A DNA stretch of 60,950 bases, the filler included, from Platydemus manokwari (lineage: Eukaryota): the NCBI GenBank assembly GCA_037951405.1. It is 5 parts of 5 records of this genome, joined end to end, with 100 filler letters (N's around TTAATTAATTAA, not from the genome) between each part and the next. Parts side by side here need not be neighbours in the genome. Positions count along the whole stretch, not along the records: positions 37,119 to 49,764 come from JBBMOY010034458.1; 4 more parts are not named here. One strand, 5' to 3'. A program made the translations under genes and the position numbers. Under the pieces are notes generated by a model. It did no database searches. It saw nothing but the letters and a program-made list of their open reading frames with translations, and had not been told where the DNA came from. Positions within the stretch are counted from its first letter, which is position 1. Each line of letters opens with the position of its first letter. Of the stretch, positions 38,103-49,864 are shown in pieces.

Positions 38103-41100
38103 TCATTTACTTCCAAAGAAATCATTTAACAATTCTAATATCAAATAAAAATGAAAATAAAATAGGATTTAAATGTGTTAAGGTTTTCGTTGACGTTCTC
38201 TTTTAATATTTCTATAGCTTATTTTATAAATTTTCATTTAAAAGAATATTTACTATAAAAATTTGTCGATATAAAATTGGATTTATATTTTATTATAAAA
38301 ATTTATAAATTCACTTACGGCAATTTCGTTTTTTCTGACGAATTCTTGTTTTGCACGAACACGTTTTATTGTGTTTATATTTCTTCACTAGTTTTTCATT
38401 ATAAAATTTACCATTGCATTTCGATTTGTAAATTCGAATACCATATTTACAATCTATATGAAATACGATAAGAATTTATCATCACCATTTAAATGTACTT
38501 ACAAATTGGTTTTGATTTCCTTTTAACTACTTTAATGCATTTGTTGGCAACTTCATTCCATTTGTTATACAATACCATGGTAATAAAATGGCCTTTAACA
38601 GAATCACAGAATCGTTTTATTTGTGGTTTAGTTTTTGGACAACCACATCGTTTAAGAATAACTTTTTTTCTTTTAATACACTGACAGTTTTTTCGGATGA
38701 AAAATGTTCTGATAATTTTCCTTTTGTTTATGACAAGATTACACGGGTTCCACTTCGTTGATGGTTTATGACAATCTTAAGAATATGACAGAAATATACT
38801 TTATTAGATTAACCAATAAATTTATTTGGATTAGTTCAATATTTATATATTATTGATATCGGAAATTAATAAAACATACTAAAATAATCTATATTTTATT
38901 ATAATAAAATATTGATTTTTTATCAATGAAGAACATTTTTTTGATTATTATATATTTAGTTTGAATATATGTTGCACATCACCGGACAAGCTACTAACAA
39001 TGATTGACCAAATGGAAAATCATATTGTAGCAATTACTCCATATAAAAATGATAAATAATCGAGTACATTAGCAGTTTGTTAAGTTTGTCAAATGTTCTC
39101 ACTTCGATTTTTACTGTAAAGCACTCAGTAATATTTTATTGTCAATAATAATAATAATAACAGTTCTTTCGGAAACAAGTGATATACATTATTTTATCTT
39201 TGATAAATAGTATAATATCCACTTACAAACTGGTCTCTTTCTCAAGATTCGATTTTTTTCGCACTTTTTGCTGTTTCTGTTCAAAAAATATCCCTCACTG
39301 ATATGGAGCCATTGATTTAGAATTGCATTGCATTTCACGGATTTCTTTGGCATTTTGTGTTTGCAGTCTTAAAATTGTTTTATTAATTTATAAATGAAAA
39401 TAAAATTATCGATTTGTCTTACGGCAATCTCCTTGTTGAACGATTTTTTTTATTGGTACGCATTTACATTTTTGCAAAATATGAAAGATCTTATATTTTA
39501 TAAATCTTCCGGAATTTCGGAAACATTTCTGTCCAATTTTTACTCTTTTCGAACATTTTATTGGCGATATTATCAGTTTTGATTTTTTAACGCATTTATG
39601 TTTCCTCAATCGAAAATAGAATTTTCTCTTCACAAATGATCTTCCTTTACAAATTGGCTTCGTTATCCACGTTTTAGGACATTCTGAAATGAATTTTTTA
39701 AATAATTTTTCGAACGTGAAATTGATTTTCATACTGCATATGATTGATTTTGGTATTTTGTCTTTTTTGCACACACATCCGATTTGATAGGACTTTTCAA
39801 ATATTATCTTGCCTTTGTAACCATTTTTCGAACAGTATTTCTTTACTTGTCTGATGTATTTTGGGCAAACTGTTCGGTGATTATTAATTTTGTTAAGAAA
39901 ATTTCCATTGATACTTACAAACTTTTCTTTTGTGGACTTCTATTCTTTTAATGCATTTGCAACCTCTCAGGACTTCATAATGAACTTTTTTGATGATTGA
40001 TGAAATCGATTTGTCGCAGTACGTTTTTACAACCGATTTTTTACATTCTTTTTGAAAAAAAGACAATGTTAAATATATTCTGATATCATGTTTAATAACT
40101 TGTCGATAATTTATGAAAACGATTTGAAGTAATACGTTTAGAATTTTCGTTAGGAATTGCCGTTTTGAGAAAATAAATAAATAATAACTCTAATATTTTT
40201 TTATTAAATAAAGTAATTACTTATTGTTTCATAAATTAAATTAATTATATCGAAGTTTTAAATTAAAAATGTTATAATAATTTTTCAAAAAATTTATCAT
40301 ATATTAACTAATTCAGTATAAAATCTTCGTTTTTTGTTACAGAATTTAAAGTAACTTGATGAAAAACTCACTCCATGGACAGAATTTTTGCCTTTTTAGT
40401 GTTTTGCATTTGCATTTTGATACATATCCATGAATATTGGTTATCTCTTGTTTTCTGCCTTTAAGTTTGGGACCGAATATTTCTCTCATAAAACCAATTG
40501 GACAATTTACTTTTATATGAATCTCTTTATGCTCCAGTGAACATTTCCCATGAACGAGAACCTTTTTAGAAATAGTTGTTTCGATGTATTTTTCTCTGAT
40601 ACATTTTTGTGATTTTCTTATCGACTTTTTACAACCTTAATCAATCAATTGAAATTTATTTTAATAAAATATAAACAGAAAAAATTACAGCATTTCCTCC
40701 TTTCAGTTTTGTAAAGATTTTGTATACATTTTTTCAATTTCCCGTTCTGTTGAAATCGATAGACGAACCATTTTTTTATTTCATGACAATCGTTTGAGCA
40801 GTGCTGAGAATTCTTACATTTTTTGGGGCATGGAATGATATGGTGACGCTTATGGTGCTTACAATCACAAGGCTCCAAATGGATTTTTGTTCGTTCCACA
40901 CAACGACAACCTTTTCTAACAAGAGTAGTGAATATTATTTTTCTAAATTTGTTTTTGCTGTTTATAACGAAAAATGCACATGCTGTCACCCGTTTTACGT
41001 GAACTTTGCGGCATACTTGAAAAATAATTTTGAATAATTGTTTTGTAAATCAATATCACTAACAAATCGGGAATGCTCGTTTTAGCGTTTCTTTCTTGCA

Positions 41101-44100
41101 AGTGTGTTGTTTGGTTAAAGAGTATCTGATATACATTCGGACCAAGTGTCCTTTTCTTCTGTCGCAATATTTGACAACTCTTTGGTTTGGACATCCTTCA
41201 AATAAAATATTTATAACATTATCCAATGGTTAAGTAATTTTAAGACAATATTTATTAAATATTAATATCAACAATAATTGTTATTATTATTATTATTAAA
41301 ATCTAACTGCAACGTAATTTCTTTTGGAATATCTTTGTGATACATTTCCCATTAATTAATAAATGGGATAACTTCTTTTTGATTATGTAATCACCTATGC
41401 AGATAGATGTTGAAATTTGATCTTTGGGACAACCTAATTAAAATTTTAAAAAATCTCAATTTATTTTAATAAAAATCAATAATAATAAAAAATTTAAAAT
41501 ATAATAAAATTAATTACAGCATTTTCCTTCCGACGATTTCTTTACTGTTAGACGGCATTGGCATTGTTCCGGTTTCCATGTTTCCAGATATTTTGTACGT
41601 TTACAGGTAAGTCGATCGCATCGATAAATCAATTTATGTACTTTATTACAAACAACCGGTTTTACACTCTTTGTTACCACTTTCTTACACTTTTTTCTTC
41701 CTTTCATAATGTAACCGATTTGATAAAAAGCCCAATAATTATTTTCACAAACAGGTTTCTTTATTTGGATGTTTGGACATTCTGTAAAAAAAATTTTATA
41801 TCAAAACGGAAAAGTTGTGAAAATTAATTGTTTACTGCATAAGATTTCAACTTTTCTGGAAGAATAAGTGCATTTGCAATTGGAAGCAATCGATTTATGA
41901 AATGTGACAAATCGTGTTCTTGTTCTTTTATTGCACCGGGTTTTAGTTATCCAACTCCCTCGACACTCTGAAGTACAATCATATTTTTAATAGATTTTTT
42001 TATATTTTTAAAAATTTGTATTATATTTCAAATTTTTGTCATTATTATTACTATTATCTGAAATTCCTGATTTTATAATGAATTCACAAAAATAATTTGA
42101 TTCCTGAAAATCAATATTTTGAATGTAAATTTCCTTTGACATGCAAATTCGTCTGCAGACCGGAGATGAATATATTTAAAATAAGCGATAAAATATTAGA
42201 AATTCTATCACTTTCTAAGAATTTGATAATCAAATTCAGGTATATGGAATGGTTCAGTTATAATTACAAATATCACCCATCGGATATCGTGTTTTTAGTT
42301 AGAAAGTTGGTAAGAAATTGAATCGAATTGAAAATTATGAAAATTATTTATATATTAACTTTTCAATTTACCAAAATGATATGTTAGTTAATGGGCTTCT
42401 AATTGTAATTTTTGGGAATTTTAATAATATTATAATATCATATCATATTGACTTGTCTCACCGGCTTTACGTATCACTTTAGTGGAAGTCGTTTTCACGC
42501 ATTTAACACATTTGGAATGTCCGTATCGGTATGATGTTTTGGTTAACTTTGTTTCATCTACACATTTTGTGAATGAACCTCTTTCAGTTCTGCATTCTGT
42601 AAAATTGAAATCATTTATTTTTCTCATCTTAATTATCAAACATACGACATGGCTCTTTTATTTTGGTTGATGTACTTTTACATTTTTTTCGTTGACTTTT
42701 ATCTCTGAAATACGTTGTACTGATCGACCACCGGTAGCCTTTGCAAAAATTGCATTTCGTACGAGTTTTCAAAATATTTTTTGGACAAACTATCATTAAG
42801 TTATACAGTAGTTTTTAGATTTATAAATTAATGATATATACTTCCGCATTCTTTGTACGTTCTATCAACTAGTGCCATACATGATCCGTGTCTATTGAGC
42901 TTGTAACATGTTTTCTTGATTACCTTGTATTTAAATATTGGATGACAATCACTTTCAGAAGTCTGGCAGTCTGGGCATTCTTAATAAAATTATTTTAGAA
43001 AAAATAGTTGAAAATCGTTAATATCTGAGAATTGATTATTTTATAAAAAATCTCCTCACTACAAGATTCAGGATAACAAGTGAGTCTACACATTTGTTTG
43101 TAAAAGTCCAGCCCACATTTTCCTTTAGCTTTTACTTTGTGACAAACTCTACTGCTAACTTGATCCTCACATGTTGCAGAACAAAATTTGCAAGTCACTC
43201 GACAAAATTCTTGCATCAGTTTTGGGAACTTTTTGCATCTTCCATCGTTTAACCATCTCAGACATCTTGTTTTCGAGAATCGATCAATGCACACTAAATG
43301 ATTATAGAATTATTTATGATCTAAATGACTATTTTAGTTTTCACTTTTTTCTAAACATTTGCAATCTTTCGGTGCAACACATCGGTTACCGTCGAGAACG
43401 AATCCACGTTTGCAATCACAACCATTACGATGAGGAAGTTTGAAGCACTTTTTACTTGTCTCGAAGAAGTGGTTCTCGCAGGTTTTTGGGCAAGGATTCA
43501 TTGTTGAGACAAATTGTTTGTTTTTGCCACATTTCATAGCTAAAATTAATCATAATTAATTCTCTGAAAATAACTTACACCGTTCCATTTCTGTTTCTAT
43601 ATTTAGATAATTTCTAGCTGAAATGTTTTTTTTTAATAATTTTGTCTTCAAAATCAATAATGAATAAAATATAACTAAATAATCTTATTATTTTGAAACT
43701 AAATTTCACTATTGATGATATTTGTTTAAATATTCCACAATCAGAAGTTTTCAAATTAAAGAACGAACATAAAATAATTAAAATTACAAATACCATAGTT
43801 GGCTAAAACTATCCAATACAGTACTTTGTTTAGCATTTTATTTTTTGTTTTCGTTGTAAATTGTTATTTTAATTTTAATAAACTAGTAATAATTAGAAAG
43901 TATTTTAAAGCTTAATTTTGTTTTTCGAATTATTTGTAAAATCTGAAATTCAAATCACAGTGGGATAATTACTTTTCAATTATGAATCTTCTATATAAAT
44001 GAATTTTCTCGAGTATTTTATAAAACGTTTCTGAAAAATCAACTTTAAAACGTCTTGATGTTTTTATGAAAAATTTTATTTGGAATTTTTAAAGCAAAAC

Positions 44101-46001
44101 GAGAGTTCAGAATTTTTGAGTCTTTTGATAATGTGATATAAATATATTTTTGATATTTTCATTGCTATTTCAGTTTCTTTTAAATGTAATTTTATTTAAA
44201 TGCTGTTTTAAATAAAAATATTAGAGTTATTTTGTCTTTCATTGAATTTAAGCATGTTGGTTATTAAATTGCATTTGATTTATTAAAATTAAGCAAAAAT
44301 ATTATAAAAATATTTAATATTTATAATAACATGAGTTTACAAACACGATGTCTATCGTTATTATTATACTAATATTTAGTATTGGTATATAAAAACCATC
44401 ATTTTTGATTAGCAAAAAATTTTCAAATTTCTATTATATCTTATTAAAATATTTAATAAATTTAGTATTTCCGAACAAAAATATTATACTAGTTTTTAAC
44501 TTACGACAAAAATTAGCTGTCCTCCAATGAATGAAAATTTCTTTTTCTGAACAAGCTTCACCCGCCATTGAATGAACTTTACACGCAGCTTGTTGCATCT
44601 TCTTTCGGTTTGGCCATTCCGTACACACATCCTTAATACATCCTCTGTAGAAATGAAAAGCCATTGTTTCACATTTGAGAAAGCCACTATGGATAGAACC
44701 GGCTAATCGACCGCAGTAAGTTTCACCAATTTTTCTCGAATATTGTCTTAAACACGTGTTTCTATTTTTATATCCCGATAAAGTTTGGCATCGTTTTCCA
44801 CCAGTGTATGCTTTGTTTAATTTATCATCGATTGGATTCCCATTACAATTTCCACACAGACCCTTAAATTTATGACCTTTGAACACTCCAGCGCTTACAT
44901 AACCTCCACCATGACCATTGTAAGCTATAGCTAAATTGCATTTTGGTATTACGATTTGTAGATATTCTCCGCTATAGAATACTCGCAAGTGTTTTTCTGA
45001 ATGTGGAACGAGTGCAGATTTGCCATTAATCTGCGAAAATAAATCTATAAATCATTATCACTACGTTTATAATAATTTACGTATAATTGTTTCCCATAAG
45101 ACAGTAAGTAACGATTTTCTTTGAAATAAAGCATTTGTCCGTTAAATTTTCCGTGTTCGGTGATTGCAAACAATTTGAATGAGCATTCTGATTTACTGTT
45201 GACCCATTTGGATAATAACATACTGCATTTTCCTTCACTACTAGCTAATAGACGTCTACGATCATATGTGAGTATATTGCCTACTCCATAATGATAACAT
45301 TGACAAGCTGCAATATATACATCAAAATTTAACAATAAAAAATTATCATTTGTCTTTACCATATTTTGGTGTCCATTTCGCAGGTTTTTCACAGATTTCT
45401 TCATGTATCTTTCGTTTCGATTTGCATTGTTTTCCTATTCTTACGAAGAATATAGTGGTTACCTTTCTTTCTCCTTTTTTGCATTTGTGACGATTTGTTT
45501 GACTTTTGGGACAAGCTAAAACATTACAGAATTAATTATCAATGTTGTAAAAGTTTAATATTATTACGGCATTTCAAAGTTTGAACCATTTGTTTGTGAA
45601 TACATTCACATTTTCTAATGATAAATTTTGTTGTGATTTTTTTCGATAATCCCTTGACACATTTTGTTATTTTCGACAATGTTCTTGGACAGACTGAAAT
45701 AAAAAGTGAAATATTTAATTGAAATATACATTGATTAAATTTACTTATTTTGATCGGAATTTTCTTGATAATCTTGTGACATTTTCCATTATCGTGTCTG
45801 AATTCAATAATGATTTTCAATTTTGCAAAATCTTTGCAGATCAGTTTAGTTGTTGGCTTTGGACATTTGTTTCTAAATCATTATAATCAGCAATTTAAGT
45901 AAAAAATTCCTTCATTACCTCAGTTCAGCTTCATGAATGCACGCTATTAATATGAATGTACATAACATTACCCAGCTCCATCCTGGGTTGCTTTTGAACA
46001 T
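38103..46001 (-). CDS. Secreted cationic Cys-rich protein, 24 exons, ~1480 aa: signal peptide, 3 Cys modules, VWD, C8, TIL, 2 ShK, ~20 Cys modules
   Basis: Exons (minus): 46001-45919, 45872-45745, 45693-45568, 45515-45360, 45307-45081, 45030-44505, 43539-43345, 43293-43060, 42979-42842, 42789-42646, 42596-42462, 41967-41836, 41781-41518, 41433-41308, 41195-41064, 41015-40689, 40635-40372, 40047-39919, 39869-39735, 39683-39423, 39367-39227, 38775-38503, 38453-38319, 38134-38103. All GT-AG and frame-consistent (4443 nt). Signal peptide MFKSNPGWSWVMLCTFILIACIHEAEL; VWD end GLCGNCNGNPIDD; C8 ..CIKDVC..HWRTANFC; TIL CPKTC..GCDCKRGFVLDGNRCV; ShK CIDRF..FCRVTCKFC and CEDQV..MCRLTC..C. The short last exon is the least certain. 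Confidence 0.9.
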
Positions 46002-46034
46002 TTTGAAATTATTCTTTTGTCTCTGTATGGACTA

Positions 46035-46040
46035 TTTATA
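46035..46040 (-). promoter_or_regulatory. Candidate TATA box of the VWD-ShK gene
   Basis: CCATATAAATAG on the minus strand, ~35 nt upstream of the ATG at 46001. The AT-rich background lowers specificity. Confidence 0.4.
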
Positions 46041-47989
46041 TGGTTTATAGAGTCTCCAGGACAATTAATCATTCGAGAATATGAAAATGAGGGTCAAAAT
46101 TGTAATTAATTGCTGTTATTATTTACAATTCATGTATTCAGTTTCTAGATTTCGGTTCGAATATTATTTATGGGTTTCAAATAATATTAAAAATTTTTAC
46201 TTGAATTGTATTGTTATTGTTAAATTCATGATGAAAAAGAAATTTATTTTAATAAAAATTAGATTGTTACTTTGTAAGGTAGCCACATACTAATTAATGG
46301 AAAGTACAAAAGTATTGCACTAAATGTTACCTATTATTTATTGTTTTATCCACATGTTATTTGATTTTATTTTAGATTTGTAATTGTCATACAAAAAGTT
46401 CTTAGCATTTATTTCTAAGAAAAATATTTACGATTAACTGGATATCTGTAATAGAAAGTATTATATATTCGACTAGAACACTGTAAATTATCGGTCTCCT
46501 TATCTGCTTATTTTCTATTAGTACTTGGAGTTCACAGTTCCAAAGATCTCGTGAAAGGAGTCGCTTAATTGATATTTTGAACCATCGTCTTAATTAATAA
46601 GCCTATTAAATTCAGTTTCAAATAGCTACTTTGAAATTTTTTAAATAAAATTGTATGTGTAAAAATTTTAAAGGTTATATAAAAAATCATAAAATAGTTT
46701 GAAATCCACTGCTCTTGTACACACGAACAATTACCTGCTGTAACAATCTCGGTCTGGTGTTTATATTATAATATTCTGGGTGATGATAGTTTTAATTGTG
46801 TGATGTATTTAATTATTTAAATATATGGGGAACATAAAGAATAATTTATATTTGAAATATCTATAATCTTAATGATATTAAAACCTATTTTACCAAGTTT
46901 TAAAATTATCTAATTTTTAAGGTGATTTCATTGTTTATATTAATCAATGTTTATATATTAAGAATCAAAAAATCATATATTTAACTTCCAAAGATATCAT
47001 TACAAAGTACACTGTTATTAAAGAATTCTTTAATATAAATATGGTAATTTTCTGAGTTTAATGGGGAGAGTTCATTCGTTGTTTATCTTTAAAATAATTT
47101 TAAAGATAATTAATGTATAAAAATTAAGTTTATTAAAAATTAATGTTCATCAACATTATTTTCTCGGCTGATAATGTTTGTGATTATTATCCTGCCTAAA
47201 TTTTACAATGCAATAGTTAATTTTCGAAAAAATTTAACAAAAATTTATGAGACCCATTTAATTCGTGGAGATTGTTATCTGTAGACACTGATGTATGAAT
47301 AGCATCAGGAATCGTAATGAAATAATGATAAAAATTTATTAAAAATCTTTTTGAAATCATTAAATATAATTATGAACTTTCGACAAAGAAATACTAACTA
47401 TCTCTCGTTTTTAATTGGTTTTTTTCGAATGACTTGTCTGACTTCAATAAAGAACAAAGACTTTTGTGCAGAGAAACAAACAAAATGTTTGAAGCAATTG
47501 AGCGCACAGTTCTAAAGTAAAACCAAAATAAAGACAATTTAGTTATAAATTATGATTATTTTACTAGAGTTGAACGAAAACTACAAGCCAAATTTATGAA
47601 GCCAAAGCGAAATAAGATTAGAATTGGTGCTATTTTATTTCAGATACTGTTTTATATTTATCAATATTGACATTACCATGCCCCTATTAAAATCCAAATT
47701 AAATACAATTTATAAAGAAAAATTACATTCATTTCGTATGATGCAAAGCAAATTTTTATTAATAGTTATAATCAATGAACCAAGTGCCATAGTAGATACA
47801 TACTAAAGAATTTTCGAAAAATTTATAATACTTTATCATTATGTATGTACTTATGTTATTGCTGATTTTATTTTTATGAAATTATTGGTACTAAATTCGG
47901 GATAACCAAATAATTACTGACACCAAAAGTCGAAGATTATATGCCGTTATTTCTATTACGTGTCCTAATCTGTACGACTCTAAAATTCA

Positions 47990-48450
47990 ATACAATGTCT
48001 CAAAAAAGCAACCAAAACTTGACTTCCAACTGGCAGTCGGTCATCTTTACATCCGTATTTGTACCCGAGATCTATGCGCATGTTTGTATTATGTTTATAT
48101 CATATTTTGATTTGATCTTTAATTTTCATGTTTATATTGGACTTGACGGTTTTTATATATGCGGGATTGGTCAATCCTTACATGTGCGTTGTTGTGTGGC
48201 TATGTCTATTTTTCAAAGGATCGTTTTTTTAATAAACCAGCTGTGATTGATTGATTGCCATGGCTCTATGGTTGTGTAGGTATGAAAGTGCTCAAAGTGC
48301 TAAACATGGATTCCAAGGTGCAAATTCGATTTTTCTTTTGCAAGATTTCTTCTCTACTCAACGATATGTTACATCGATCAAAATTGAAGTTCTGTTTTCA
48401 ATCTGCTTTGGATTGTATTAATTGAATTTTAATCGAACTTTTGAGCTCTA
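47990..48450 (-). mobile_element. Possible decayed LTR-retrotransposon integrase fragment
   Basis: Minus-strand fragments FHTYTTIEPWQSI (like LxPxPxxPWxxI) and DRLPVGSQVLV (like FxVGDxVLV). Heavily interrupted. Confidence 0.25.
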
Positions 48451-48589
48451 GTCTGACAGCAATGATGCTTTAAAATTTATTTTGTATTTATGGATTATTT
48501 TTGGGCTTATTGATAATTTTAGGCATAGTATATTAATTTCAGATTTTGGGTTATTTGATATATATTGTCAGTTAATTTGTTTTCAGCAG

Positions 48590-49285
48590 CTATATTAAAA
48601 TATAGCTATTCTCAAAGATCTCTTCAGTCTGTGCTTAGACACAAACAATGCCTATGAATGGCCGAAATCTAATTGTCGACAATATTTTTGCAGCGCAGTG
48701 TATTTCTACATCAATCAAAAGAGTTACAGGAACCAAGTAAATAACCCAAAAAAGTGTCAACACACATAGATTCAATAAGCACATGTGCCCTCATCCAATC
48801 AGATTTGTTTTAATATTAATCTATATTTAGAGGCTAAATATCGACATGCACATACCTATAGATGGCAGCAAGCTCAAATGAGAGATGCGAGAAAAATTTC
48901 AAGTAGACCGATCTACGAACTGATTCAGCAAATGAAAGATGAAGATCCGTGACAGTCGATAGGTCTATCAAAGAAGTTGAGTTCAATGAATAACTCCCAG
49001 TCTTTTGGACTGTAACTCGCATGCTAAACTTATATTTGTGTGATTTTTAGTAATTAGTCTTTTTGATTACCTTCTATTCTGTTTTTGACTTTCTGGTGCT
49101 TATTCCGTCTTGTGTAATTAACCATTGTGAGCTGTAAAGAGGTTTGCTTGTAGCTGTTGAGATTACTATTGTAATATTTTGGGTAATATAGTTTTCAGAT
49201 ATAATTGTTGATTGATAAGCCTAACAAGATTATAGAAGACAATAATCTATTTTATGAATTTTATTATTGGAATTTAAAGGGTTAA
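48590..49285 (+). mobile_element. piggyBac deletion derivative
   Basis: NGRNLIVDNIF (~48657-48690; piggyBac GRNxxxDNxF catalytic motif), a Cys-rich tail remnant NKHMCPH, and a right end AAAGGG-TTAA at ~49276-49285. Confidence 0.5.
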
Positions 49286-49764
49286 TGCTGACTGTGAAAT
49301 TTATTAATTTTTCATTTTCTTTCACTCAAGTTTATTGCTATAAGGGAATAATTGTATTTGATATTTTAACACAGTTGCTGTGTGAGTATCTATAGGGATT
49401 TCTAAAATATATGCTATATTTCTGTTAATTATTTGGATTAATTTATTAAATGATATTTATTCCGAATTTTTATTATTATTTATATTTAATATAAATATCA
49501 CAAATATAATATTTATCGACCATCTTGCTGAAAAGATCATTGTGTGTTATTTTTCTCAATGCGCATTGAATAATATTTTGAATTCATCTACCAAGTTTTA
49601 CATTTCTTCCAATATAAAAGTTCTAGTCTGAATCCCATTCACCTAGAGGTTAATTCAAAACTAAAATCTTAAAATCGAAAGCAATATATTTACCAGGAAG
49701 TGGTTTTAGAAGACGTAGTAATCCCCTGGAAGAACAACAATCCGGATACTATCTTTCAACAAGA

Positions 49765-49864
49765 NNNNNNNNNNNNNNNNNNNNNNNNNNNNNNNNNNNN
49801 NNNNNNNNTTAATTAATTAANNNNNNNNNNNNNNNNNNNNNNNNNNNNNNNNNNNNNNNNNNNN
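49765..49864. other. Assembly gap with TTAATTAATTAA linker
   Basis: 44 N + linker + 44 N. Confidence 0.97.

Noticed and set aside
38277-43443. + strand ORFs over the Cys-rich gene
   Set aside because: Antisense to exons of the VWD-ShK gene, with no independent motifs.
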